DNA of 63,017 nucleotides, filler included, from Aduncisulcus paluster (GCA_024181965.1; 5 parts of 5 records of this genome joined end to end with filler, not necessarily neighbours in it); one strand, 5' to 3'. Counted from the first letter of the whole stretch, positions 22,982-33,826 are shown. A program made the numbers and translations. Notes: generated from the sequence alone by a model not told the origin.

Positions 22982-24577
22982 TCAGATTTTCCCCCGACAT
23001 CTTTTTTGTTGAAATCGAAATAAGCTCTCTGGGTTAATTTTAAACATTATGGCCAAATGAATTTGAGAAAATCCCCTATATCTTCCGTTTCTACACCAGT
23101 TGTCAACGTGTCTGGCTGGCCGTCCAAGAACTTTTGCCATCCGAGTTGTAAGAGATTTGGAAATGACAAATTCATTCTTACACAATTCACGACACAAATA
23201 GTATGATTCGGCTCCATCACGTTGGATGCGATCAAATCGTCTACTCTCAACAAACTTCTCAAATGGTATCTTTGACCGTTCTGACTCCGAGAGAGCACTC
23301 AGATACTGAGCCTTTTCAACGCCATGATTGAGAATAAACTGATCGAGTTCCTCAACAATCGTGTTGTACAATGGAGGAGGCTCTACTAAACTCTCAGTCC
23401 AGGTATCAAATGTTTTTTTAAACTCGTTTGCAGGAATATCATCTTCTTTTTCTTTGGTCTTCGAGGGAGAGGAAGAATCTGTAGGAGTTGGATGATCCTC
23501 CCGCTGAAATGCAACACTAGTGGATATATCAGTCGGTTTTGAGGTGTTTTTTCCATTCAATGATGCCGATTTGGTATTGGCGGATGGAGAAGAGCTGACT
23601 TTATCTTTATGGGGAGAGAAACGACGCTTTCCACTCAATGTTGGAGATTCTGAACCTTTTTCCTCGTCTTTATCTTCTTTTTTATCATTTGACTCGTCTT
23701 CATCGCTGCTATAATCGCTATAATCACTATAATCGCTATAATCGTCACTGTATTCACTGTATTCTTCTTCAGGAGGCTCTCTATTATGATTAATGAGTGA
23801 AATTCGCTTACAATGTCTCTCAGAACGCTTTCGCGATCTTTCTAATCTTTTCTTTTTCTCAGATGCTTTTTTGAGACGTCGTTCACGGCTTCTCCTCCTT
23901 TCTTCCTCTTTCTTCCTTCTCTCTGCTTCTCTTTTCTTTTTTGCTTCCTCTTTTTGCTTTCTTTTTTCCTCATTTTTTTTCCTCTTACGCAGCAAGACTT
24001 GTTCAGCCTCCTCTTTTCGTTTAATGATTTCTAACTCTTCTAATTCTTTTTGTTTTGCTAATTCTAGTTCTTTTTGTTTATCTATTTCCTTTTTCCTCTG
24101 TTTTTCCATCTTCTTTTCGAGAACAATTCTTTTCTTCATCGCATGATTGTATTCCCAAGCTCTCCNNNNNNNNNNNNNNNNNNNNGATGCTTTTTTGAGA
24201 CGTCGTTCACGGCTTCTCCTCCTTTCTTCCTCTTTCTTCCTTCTCTCTGCTTCTCTTTTCTTTTTTGCTTCCTCTTTTTGCTTTCTTTTTTCCTCATTTT
24301 TTTTCCTCTTACGCAGCAAGACTTGTTCAGCCTCCTCTTTTCGTTTAATGATTTCTAACTCTTCTAATTCTTTTTGTTTTGCTAATTCTAGTTCTTTTTG
24401 TTTATCTATTTCCTTTTTCCTCTGTTTTTCCATCTTCTTTTCGAGAACAATTCTTTTCTTCATCGCATGATTGTATTCCCAAGCTCTCCTACGTTGATAA
24501 ACTTCTTGAGACTTCAAATCGCGGATAATATCAAAATATAGCTTGCTAAATTTATCCAAACTTACATGGTTTATCAT
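22982..24577 (-). CDS. K/E-rich coiled-coil protein with a C-terminal divergent homeodomain-like motif; true length probably ~423 aa after removing the gap duplication
   Basis: Long charged helix, SDY repeats and RMAKVLGRPARHVDNWCRNGRYR, which resembles homeodomain helices 2-3 (V.NW..N.R.R). Confidence 0.6.
   Translation of the reverse strand: MINHVSLDKFSKLYFDIIRDLKSQEVYQRRRAWEYNHAMKKRIVLEKKMEKQRKKEIDKQKELELAKQKELEELEIIKRKEEAEQVLLRKRKKNEEKRKQKEEAKKKREAERRKKEEERRRSRERRLKKAXXXXXXXXRAWEYNHAMKKRIVLEKKMEKQRKKEIDKQKELELAKQKELEELEIIKRKEEAEQVLLRKRKKNEEKRKQKEEAKKKREAERRKKEEERRRSRERRLKKASEKKKRLERSRKRSERHCKRISLINHNREPPEEEYSEYSDDYSDYSDYSDYSSDEDESNDKKEDKDEEKGSESPTLSGKRRFSPHKDKVSSSPSANTKSASLNGKNTSKPTDISTSVAFQREDHPTPTDSSSPSKTKEKEDDIPANEFKKTFDTWTESLVEPPPLYNTIVEELDQFILNHGVEKAQYLSALSESERSKIPFEKFVESRRFDRIQRDGAESYYLCRELCKNEFVISKSLTTRMAKVLGRPARHVDNWCRNGRYRGFSQIHLAIMFKINPESLFRFQQKRCRGKI
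23862..24489. repeat. 304-nt exact duplication across a 20-N gap (assembly overlap artefact)
   Basis: 23862-24165 is identical to 24186-24489, with Ns at 24166-24185. Confidence 0.9.
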
Positions 24578-24782
24578 ATATTATGCAACTAACACTGGCA
24601 GAGTGCTTCCAAATGAGATTTTTTTCTTATCAAATCTTCTGCAATAAAAAACACATTTTCGAGGAAATGAATAACTTATTTTGAGCATCTTATTTTAAAT
24701 ATTTCGATTTATGATTTTGAGATATATCTTCCAGACTCGTTCCTAATGAAATCTGGATTTGGGTCACGTAAGAGGAAATTCT

Positions 24783-26588
24783 ATGAAATATCCCACCTCA
24801 TTAGAAGAATTTGTTTCATCATTTTGCGATCCCTTGATCTCAAATATTGAAACCCTTGGAAAACGCTTAGTTGTATTGGGTGTTGTTCTTCGTGGAAAAT
24901 CTGATGTCGCCCTCCAGGCCTGGAAAGATATAAAGATTATCAAGGACACAATTAGATACTTTAATTCTTTGAATGTATTCTTTCCATCCTCGAATTCCGA
25001 TATGTACTCCATTATGGTCAAACTTAGAAACCTTGCCGAGAAAGCAGATGCCATTGAAAAACTCCTTATTGATGGAGATAAGGAATGTGATATTGCTCAG
25101 CATGTTGATCCTATTTCTGAAGAAAAATTATTCTTTTCATATCCATCCAAGCATGCCATTCCACTTTTGAGAGTTGTTATTGACACTTGTTTGATTGGTA
25201 CTTCTCTCATTTTGAATTATCTTGATACATTTTCTCACCATTTTCCACTGTCCTGCATCGAGAGTGCCATCCCTGCTGTTTCTTCTGAAGGAGATGATAC
25301 AATAAGTGTTTCTGAGCACATTAAGCAGCTTTATTTGACGAATCCAAGATTATTTATATCTTCATTGCTTGAATTATCCAGTTATTGCTGTGATATTGAC
25401 AGCGATGGATGGATCATGTCTCTAATGCAACTCTGTGGAATATGTGAGGAAACAATCGATGGAAGTAAGAAGTTTAATCACCATCTGAATCATACAACAC
25501 TCCATAAGGTTTATTTGCTTGTTAGATACCCCCCTATATATTGTACAATGTTGTCTCAAGGTTCAGAGCAAGGAGAAATGGGTGAAATTGAAACTGAAAT
25601 ATGTGGCCCCAAACATTCCACGGCAGCCATTCGCTCCTCTTCTCCTCTCTCTCCCTCTCTTCAGACCTTTTTGACAAATTATGCTCTTCGGACAACTGCC
25701 TTGGCCATCATTCGTTCTTCCCTCAATCACCTCGCCACATCAGGTCAGCTTTTGAGTGGTGCACTTGGACAAGTAATTCCAATGGATATAACTTCTCAGG
25801 CTCCTGGATTTTATGGAGATTTTATTGCTGGAGTTGGAGAAGATATTGCTGAGTCCAGGAAGACTACTGGGGTTAAACTTTCTCAAATGAGTGAGAAACA
25901 ACAAGGAATAATCCAAAATGGATCTCTATTGAAAGATGATGAAGTATGGTGGTTTGTTCATTCTCCTTATACTCAATTTAGAGTGCTTGATGATCTTTGT
26001 GAGTCAAGAAAAGTCAAACGAGTTATGTTTGAAATATTTGATGATGACGAATCGGAGTTACCTCACTTCGATGATGGACAACTCGTATCTCAACTCCTTC
26101 CTGGATTGAATGTGAGTTATATTGCAAAAGATCAGGATGTAAGTGCGTTTGAATTGCTTGAAGACAATGATGCCGTAAGATTTGGTGTTGCTTCATTACA
26201 TCACGGAGAGGAGAAGAGAGAAGGAGAGAATGGGAGTGGCGATGAAACAACCTTTTCAACATCATTAGGAATGGATGGAATTATAATTTCTATTCTTATC
26301 CATCCTGAGAAACTTGAATCCAGAATGGAGAAAGGTGTGAAAGATGGAGATAAAGTATTATCTGGCGGTTCTAGTGTGGTTGGGATGTTCCATTCAGAAA
26401 CATTGAAGATGAAAATGGATGATATTATCGATTTTATTCTTAATTGTTCCATTATAAGGACTTCTGAAGGTTGTGATCGTGTTTTGTTGATCGCTGCTTT
26501 ACAACCTGGAGTCTCCTTTGAAGATGCACAATCTCTATGTGCTGTGGTTGGTGTGAAACAAATAACTGAAATAAAAATGTGTCTATGA
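24783..26588 (+). CDS. Hypothetical protein; C-terminal part possibly a divergent eIF2B alpha/beta/delta (IF-2B) domain
   Basis: About 600-aa ORF. LLKDDEV..., ESELPHFDDGQLVSQLLPGLNVSYI and DKVLSGGSSVV loosely follow IF-2B motif order. The ORF is solid but the family call is weak. Confidence 0.55.
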   Translation: MKYPTSLEEFVSSFCDPLISNIETLGKRLVVLGVVLRGKSDVALQAWKDIKIIKDTIRYFNSLNVFFPSSNSDMYSIMVKLRNLAEKADAIEKLLIDGDKECDIAQHVDPISEEKLFFSYPSKHAIPLLRVVIDTCLIGTSLILNYLDTFSHHFPLSCIESAIPAVSSEGDDTISVSEHIKQLYLTNPRLFISSLLELSSYCCDIDSDGWIMSLMQLCGICEETIDGSKKFNHHLNHTTLHKVYLLVRYPPIYCTMLSQGSEQGEMGEIETEICGPKHSTAAIRSSSPLSPSLQTFLTNYALRTTALAIIRSSLNHLATSGQLLSGALGQVIPMDITSQAPGFYGDFIAGVGEDIAESRKTTGVKLSQMSEKQQGIIQNGSLLKDDEVWWFVHSPYTQFRVLDDLCESRKVKRVMFEIFDDDESELPHFDDGQLVSQLLPGLNVSYIAKDQDVSAFELLEDNDAVRFGVASLHHGEEKREGENGSGDETTFSTSLGMDGIIISILIHPEKLESRMEKGVKDGDKVLSGGSSVVGMFHSETLKMKMDDIIDFILNCSIIRTSEGCDRVLLIAALQPGVSFEDAQSLCAVVGVKQITEIKMCL

Positions 26589-26855
26589 TTATTTATAAAT
26601 GATGCTTTATCTTTCAAATGTCATGATGAACTTGACCATGAATGAAGACAAATATTTGCCACAAGTTGTGCACAACATCGTTGTGACTCACAACTTGTGA
26701 GGGAAAATGACATGATCCGTAAGACTTGTCATCAAAATGTCACATTTCTTATATCTTGTCAAACTTTGAGTCAAAGTCAGATATTGACATTTTGTCAGTT
26801 TAAATATGTTATTTATTTCAATTTCTATCATAATTTAATATAATTTATCACAACA

Positions 26856-27962
26856 TTAAGGTTTTTTAACGACAATTCTCCAATTTGAATGATCATATTT
26901 CTCTTTTTCTTCAATCTCAAAACCCACTTCCAAACATTGTTCAGAAAGTTCACCTTCCTTATAAAAGTGATAATATCTATTATAAACAACACTGTCTTCA
27001 CGTTTTTCATTCGTTCCTTTCTTCTTTCTCTTACGTTTAAAAATATTTTTCTCCTTCATATCCCTTTCTTCTTTTTCTTCACTTTCTTTCGCTTCTCTAT
27101 CACTTCCATCAAGATCTCTTATCGTTGTTTCAATATCATCTTCTTGTATTTCCTGCTTAGATTTCTGAATAAGTGATCCGGAATCACAATCACATTTCCT
27201 ACCCTCTTCTTCTTTCAAAACAGGAGTGATAGAATCACATGGACTTGATATTTTTTTCTCAGATTCAGAGCCAATAGACGACCTTTTCGCATGAGAAGTG
27301 GCTTTAGCTGTACAAATAAACTTCTGAGGCATTCGCCACTCAACAAAAGAGTCAGGAGTGGTGACTTTCCTTTTCCCTGTTTGTTCCATCGCCCATACGT
27401 ATATTAAAACAGTTCCTCCAGGTTTACATACTCTCCATACTTCATGGAGGGCTGCTTTCCGACGTTCAGGAGTTGACAGATGGTGAAGAGCAGCAATAAA
27501 AATAACGTGCGAAAATGTTCCATCTCCAAACGGAAATCTCTGAGAAATATCCATTCTTAGAAATGAACATGGCAATAAAGTTGTTGAATATCCTTCTTTT
27601 GCTTTTTCTACTTCTATTTCAATTTGTTTGGGTTTGGAAGTTCCTTGTGGAGGAATTCGAGAGCAAAAATATGAATCGGATCTTTTAGATGCAATGGACA
27701 AAAGTTCTTGAGAATAATCTGCTCCAACATATGCAATATCTGTTCGAACTCTTGCATATTTCGCATTTCCACAACCCACATCAAGTAGAGTGGAATAGGG
27801 AGGAATAGAGGAAAGAAAATCAGTAACACCTGGCCATGGGTTAAATCTTGTATGTGAAAAATGAGCAGCAATCTTTGAATAAACATCATGAACGTGTTCT
27901 TTCTCCCATTTTTCATAATCAGCTTCGCATGATGGTATTGCAGCTGGAGATACTCCTGACAT
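26856..27962 (-). CDS. TRM9: Trm9/ALKBH8-type tRNA wobble-uridine methyltransferase
   Basis: EKEHVHDVYSKIAAHFSHTRFNPWP, LLDVGCGNAKY, IAALHHLSTPERR, LIYVWAMEQ and YNRYYHFYKEGEL. Confidence 0.92.
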   Translation of the reverse strand: MSGVSPAAIPSCEADYEKWEKEHVHDVYSKIAAHFSHTRFNPWPGVTDFLSSIPPYSTLLDVGCGNAKYARVRTDIAYVGADYSQELLSIASKRSDSYFCSRIPPQGTSKPKQIEIEVEKAKEGYSTTLLPCSFLRMDISQRFPFGDGTFSHVIFIAALHHLSTPERRKAALHEVWRVCKPGGTVLIYVWAMEQTGKRKVTTPDSFVEWRMPQKFICTAKATSHAKRSSIGSESEKKISSPCDSITPVLKEEEGRKCDCDSGSLIQKSKQEIQEDDIETTIRDLDGSDREAKESEEKEERDMKEKNIFKRKRKKKGTNEKREDSVVYNRYYHFYKEGELSEQCLEVGFEIEEKEKYDHSNWRIVVKKP

Positions 27963-28113
27963 TGATTAAAATTGGATTTAATTCCAGAAAATATTAGATA
28001 AAAAATGGAATTATTCTTACACTTATTCAAAGAGTGAAATGTAATATACTGATTGTTTTGGGAGGATATAATTTTTCACTCTTCATTTTTTCCATACCAA
28101 TTTAGTGTATATT

Positions 28114-29422
28114 ATGAAATACGAAATTACAGATGAATTTATTGAAAAGTTGGCACAAACAGAAGGATTTCGCCTTGCTGATGAAGAATGTGTTACTCAA
28201 CTAAAACACATTGGTAACAGTATGATAATTTCATTATTTTTTTTAAATTATGGCATTATTATTTAATTTTCATATCGTTATATTAATTTCCCATCTGATT
28301 TTTCTATTGGTGTTATTTCCATTTAATTATATTATTCAAGAAATTCGAGACGAGATAATGGCCATTGCCATGCATATTTCTCCACCTGGAGAAGAGGTTG
28401 ATGCAACAGATATTGTTATAGCCACTCAGAATTTGTTATCAAACCTTGCCCAACCTTCTCAAATTCTTGAAGGTGGCATTGAATACCATGATATTGTTTC
28501 CTCAATTAATAAGACCCCTTTAAAGAAATTTGGGGATGAAAATCCATTTAGTACCCATCATAGCACATACGGACAAGGAATGTTCGAAATTAAATATAAA
28601 CATACAGAAACAACAATGCCATCCGATGACATTGAGCGTAAATTAGCCCAATTGCGTGCTACTTGCAAAGCCATTGAAAAAGATGAAGGTCGTGAATCAA
28701 CTCGGAAAGAATCTGAAGAAAAAGATGAATCGAAAGAAGGCACTGAAGCTGTTCCAGATGCTGGAATTCTTGACTTTTCCGATATTCCCGAATGCCACGA
28801 TGAAGTTGTTGCCCGTATTTCGACTCATTCCGTCCCCGTTGAAGGTATTGATGAACTATTCCGGTGTGTGGCCGGCATTGGGAAACATATTGAACAAAGA
28901 CTGGCACAAGAGGATGGTAGAGGAAGAGTTTCCCAATTCCAATCATCCCAGGTCCATTATGCTCCCCGTGGACCTCCAGGATCAGCTCAGATGCAGAGAC
29001 AACCCTCGCCACATCACCCTATGGGAATGCAACCTCACCATGGAATGGTCTCTTCTGGTCAAATGACGCCCCATGGGCAACAAATGGCCCCTCACGGAGG
29101 ACAGATGAGTCCACATGGAGGACAGATGGGCACCCATGGAAAACCAATGCAACAACGAATTGTCCAAGGAACTCCTCAGATGACTCCACAGAGCATGGCG
29201 AGACAACAAGTCCATCCGTCTTCAATGCAGTTAACACCTCAGCAACAATATATGATTCAACAGCAACAGAAAGGAATGGGAAGACGTTCCCCTCGTCTCC
29301 AAATCAAAGACCAAGAAAGACTCAGAACTCAACCCATTCAAGCCCAACCAACTCCTCAGGCAGCAACACCATCAAGTAGATACTCGTTCCGGGATAAACC
29401 TCCAGTTTCATATAGTAAATGA
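28114..29422 (+). CDS. Histone-fold-like N-terminus plus Q/P/H-rich tail (TAF/SAGA-like); exons 28114-28219 and 28341-29422
   Basis: A GTATGA...CAAG intron (28220-28340) gives MKYEITDEFIEKLAQTEGFRLADEECVTQLKHIGNKIRDEIMAIAMHISPPGEEVDATDIVIA. C-terminal GQMxPHG heptad repeats and poly-Q. An alternative same-phase donor exists at 28214. Confidence 0.6.
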
Positions 29423-29927
29423 AGAGAATAGTGTCGAATGAATTCTGTCAAAAAAAAAAAATACGAATTGATTGGACATAAAATAATATACACTTCACAA
29501 ATTACGTTTTAGAGAATATTTCGATTCTCTTTTTATTCAAAATATGTTAGAGCTTCAAGGAGCGTTTAGTTCTTTCAGCCAAAAAACACCCAAAAATCTC
29601 GCAAATTAAACCCAATTTTACTGAAACAATTTATCGTAAAATCCTAGTGTTTAAAAATTTAGCGAGAACCTGTTACGTCCTATAAATAAACATGGAAGGA
29701 TGTGTTTAATAAACATGGAGCTTTTAGGTATTTAATTCGCAAGTTATATCATGATTGAACCATAAAATTTATATCTTTGCTACTTTTTATTAAATATTCT
29801 TCCGGAGAATAACGAGTTTCTTTTGAATTGAGGGTTTGATATGGAAATCACTCTCATGGGTGCTTTCTTCTTTGCCCAACAAGAATTTTCTTTTTTGGAA
29901 GATTTTTCAATTGCGAATTTATTCAAA

Positions 29928-30050
29928 ATGGCGATTGATATAGGCGCTCAAATCCGTGCTCTTTTTACTATTACTTTCAAACGTCAATTGAGATCATGGT
30001 TAACAAACATTGCTGTGATTGCATTTCCTTTTATCATCTTTTTCCTTGTG
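29928..30050 (+). CDS. N-terminal fragment of a probable ABCA-type transporter, truncated by contig end
   Basis: MAIDIGAQIRALFTITFKRQLRSWLTNIAVIAFPFIIFFLV resembles the ABCA N-terminal Q..ALL.K....R helix followed by TM1. Confidence 0.5.
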
Positions 30051-30911
30051 NNNNNNNNNNNNNNNNNNNNNNNNNNNNNNNNNNNNNNNNNNNNTTAATT
30101 AATTAANNNNNNNNNNNNNNNNNNNNNNNNNNNNNNNNNNNNNNNNNNNNATGACAAATTATTTCCAGAAATGGAATGACATACTTGAAAATGCAGCACC
30201 CAATCCAAATATTATTACAACTGCAAGCAAAATATGGCCTGGATTTTCGTTTGTTATGTTGTTGGAGATCCTGTCACGAGATGTGCTTTCGACTTTCTTG
30301 AACTCATTCGGCATGGCAATATATAGAGCCATGTGATATAAAAAACCTGCATGTTGGTGGAATTGTCACAGGGTTTTCTCAACTCATCGCAAAGTCGCCA
30401 TTTGGAGCGCCCACTGCCATATCCCTTGTGATTGAATGGGATAAAAATACACTTTCTATCCGCTGCGAGATCATTTTATTCCTTGTACTGCACAGAGATT
30501 TGCAAGAAGGCTTCTTAATTGATTCAATTAAATTGAATGAATGCCATTCATTTCAAATGAATCCTGTGGATGTTTCGTGTCAAACGCCTTGAACTTCATG
30601 AAAAAACACAATCCAAAAACCGGCCTGCCAGGAGTACGGTCTCCACTGTCGAGTAGAAGGACTCAAATGTATGATTTCATAATACTCATTCAAAACTTTT
30701 TACCGATAACACAATGCCACCTGTGCCGAACAGATGCTACAATAATAAAGGATAGAAACGGGGAGATTTTGCGAAATGAATTGAGTAAAGAAATACTTTT
30801 AGATCGCAGGCAAGATGACTTGACCTTGCTTTTATTATTACAGGAATAGTGTGTTAAAGGAAATTAAGGAAAACGTTCACGTTTTAAAAACTGCTTCCTG
30901 AAGGGAAGAGT

Positions 30912-31790
30912 CTATTTCAGAGAGGGAACGATTCGTTGAACAGCCTCAAGCTCGACAGAAAAGTGAAATTGTTCGGACTCTGATCTTTGTTCAACCTGGG
31001 AAAGGATAGATTGGAGAGAGTCAATAACAGCTCGTTTCGACAAGAGATGACGAGGACATCTTTCTTTTTCGTGGATTCTACACTTCCCAGTCTCTGAATG
31101 TTGAGCTTCAAGCGATTGCTTCTTAAATTCTTCTTTATCACGTAATCTCTGTTCCTTTTCATGAGATAATGCAAATTTAAGATCTTTGAGAGATTGTGTC
31201 GTTGAAAGCATAAAGTCGGCAAGTTCTTTCTCCGTACCTTCTTTTATAAGGCATTTTCTTTCAATCTGATCCCTCATTTTAACTTCTTTCTTTGCTTCTT
31301 GTTCCCTGTCAATCACAAATCTTATCGCACTTAAATCGATATCCTTTTGTTTTCCGTCCCACGATGATATAACACGGATATCACAAGAAGTAACATTATC
31401 AATATCAATTGGGAACTCTTGCCAGAATCTGTGTTCTGGTGGCATCTTAGCAATTTCGTATTCTTTTGTAATCTTTTCTCCATCAGATGTTGTAAAAGTT
31501 GCATTGAAATCTCTAATTCCATTCGGATAATTATGGTGACTTAGAAGAAACTTACTGAGGAAATGGGGACAAACAAATGGGAGATGTAAGGTTGGAAAGA
31601 AAAAGACTGGGGTTTCGCCTTTTATAAATTCCAATAATTCTCTATGGTTACAATAACTATGAAAAACTCCGTGAGCTTCAGAACCAGCAATTTCAGATAG
31701 ATCTGGATGACCAACAGGGTAGGGGCCTTTGAATCGTTGGTCTCCACAGGAAACTCCAAGGTCAGCTGAAACTATTCCTAAAATTCTCAT
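30912..31790 (-). CDS. Single divergent copy of the ~150-aa lineage-specific beta-rich module plus a coiled coil
   Basis: FIKGE..LHLPF..ATFTTSDGEKITKEYEI..FWQEFPIDIDNVTSCDI..W aligns with the modules at 32284 and 53629-58274. Confidence 0.8.
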   Translation of the reverse strand: MRILGIVSADLGVSCGDQRFKGPYPVGHPDLSEIAGSEAHGVFHSYCNHRELLEFIKGETPVFFFPTLHLPFVCPHFLSKFLLSHHNYPNGIRDFNATFTTSDGEKITKEYEIAKMPPEHRFWQEFPIDIDNVTSCDIRVISSWDGKQKDIDLSAIRFVIDREQEAKKEVKMRDQIERKCLIKEGTEKELADFMLSTTQSLKDLKFALSHEKEQRLRDKEEFKKQSLEAQHSETGKCRIHEKERCPRHLLSKRAVIDSLQSILSQVEQRSESEQFHFSVELEAVQRIVPSLK

Positions 31791-32283
31791 TGATAAATAT
31801 ATTACAACAATAAAAGCGATAAAAGAATAATTAACACCGAATATGTAGGCAAAACTCTGTCAATTGTGTGTGTCACACACGGTGTGTGTGTGTGTCCGAG
31901 ACCACGGTGCAGTATGGATAGATATATTTGCTGAGTTCGAAGAACGTTGAGAAGCTTACAAATTTCACGTAGAGTTTTATTCTATTATTTTAGTCACAAT
32001 GAAAATAAACCTTCCTGGCCAAAAACTCTGTCAATCGACAAAAAACAGAAATCTTCATTTGGAATAAGATCAATTTATTATTGATCTGGCAAAACAGTAA
32101 TATTGGCAGTGTCCAAGCAGTATCATAGCCAATAAAATGCTGTCAAATGTTGATTATTTTGTATGATTTTTGTCTCAACCGAATATCTGAATATATAATC
32201 ATCAGATTCAACAAATATTTTCCTTTTCTATTCGCCAATTAATTTGAAAATTGGTATAGGAATTGATTATATTTAAATACTCG

Positions 32284-33387
32284 ATGAATTCATCATCTGT
32301 TGAACCTGAGTTCGTTCATGAAGGAAATTTGTTTTGCTGCCCAATTCCTTGCGATTCGCCCAATATTATTTGTCCAGAGAGCTCAAATATCACAGCTAAA
32401 AATGAAACCAAGGAAGAAGGCGATGAAGCGTACAATCAAAGTTCTAATGCCCAAATGATGATGGAAGGCGGAGACACATCTGGATTTTTTACCCATATTT
32501 CCATTCCTTTTTCTTTGCCTTCCCCAATTAAAGGTGCATTTATCTGTCTAGATCTTTTCTCAGATTATTTAACACCTCCAGCCGATCTTACCTTCACTTT
32601 TACATCTTCAAGGGATGGAAAAACATCGAAGAAATATGATTTTCCTGATTTTACATGTAAAGCTTGTGGGTGGTATTTTCTTCCTATTGATCTCTCTTGT
32701 GTTACTTTTTGTGAAATTACTGGGAAAGGGAAAGAAAAAAGGTATTTTCATATCAAATCTCTCGTTTTCTTTCGAGAAGAAACACCTGAAGAATCTATTG
32801 TTCGTGAAACTGAAGGATTATTATGGTCTGAAGCTCTCATCGTGAAGCCACAGTTTGCAAAGAAAGGGTATCGAGATTCTATTCCTATTTCGCGTGATGA
32901 TCCAATGCTTATATCTCCATTGTTCCCAATGGTGAAAGGAAAAGATGATTCGTTTTACAAGGGATCTGAATCCTATGATCAGAGTTCAGATGCTCAAAAA
33001 ATGTTAAGACGTGAAGATTTTTTGCCAGGGTGTGTTTCTTTATCCCATCTTTCTATCCCTTTCTCATCACCTTGTTCTTTAAAAGGTGCTTATATATGTG
33101 TTCATTCGCATACTAGTTCACCCTCTCTTCTCCTCACCTTTACCGTTTCAGATGGTAAGAAGACATTCAAGAAGTATGAATTCACACAACCAAAAAGTGA
33201 ATATGAATGGTATTTCCTTCCTATTAATTTACTAAATGTCATTTTGTGTGAGATTAGAGGGAAATGAACGTGGTATAATACGAATTGTCGGAGCTTTGAA
33301 ATCGAATCGTGCATTTTTACAGCGTTGTCAAAGGAAGTCACAGAAATAATCGAGGTTGATCGATTATCGCTCCTTCCGTGGGAATAA
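32284..33387 (+). pseudogene. Two-module member of the same family with an in-frame TGA (33265-33267) at a conserved Gly; truncated gene or pseudogene
   Basis: Reads CEIRGK*TWYNTNCRSFEIESCIF versus paralogues CEIQGKGTWKERNSRIFTIDCLLF and CEIEGKGTWTEKNSR. The frame continues to TAA at 33385-33387. Confidence 0.7.
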
Positions 33388-33826
33388 CAAATGGATGTTT
33401 TCAGTCTAACCCGCATTATCTTCCTCATCTTTTTCATGAATAAATGGTCTTTAATTTCAGTACAATTCTTATACCGATTGCGTTGCTTTCGCGATCTCTC
33501 ACGACAAAGGCAGGTGTTGTTCGTTTGAAGAATACGATCAAGAAGCATGGAGGAAAAGAATGAAAAAGGTCAAACAGAAAAGAGGAAGAAGGCAATCAAA
33601 AGAAGGAAAACATTGTCAAATTGTTTAAACTTTAAACCAATGGGATAATCTTGTTGGAGCGGAGAGAGAGAGAGATCATACAATCAAAAATCATTTTTGA
33701 AAAATGAATAATGGTCTTCTAAGAAGACTCTTCTTTAAAATAGAATGCTTTCGCGATAAAATGATTCATTAGAGTTGTCAAATTCGGTGATCAGCTGTAT
33801 GTTAAAAATCACAAATATTATCATGT

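Noticed and set aside
23862-24489. Internal ~100-aa repeat in the coiled-coil protein
   Set aside because: Exact nucleotide duplication across a 20-N gap; an assembly artefact.
30151-30849. Short ORFs on both strands at the start of contig 3
   Set aside because: All frames are interrupted and no motif is recognised; possibly decayed coding sequence, but this cannot be supported.
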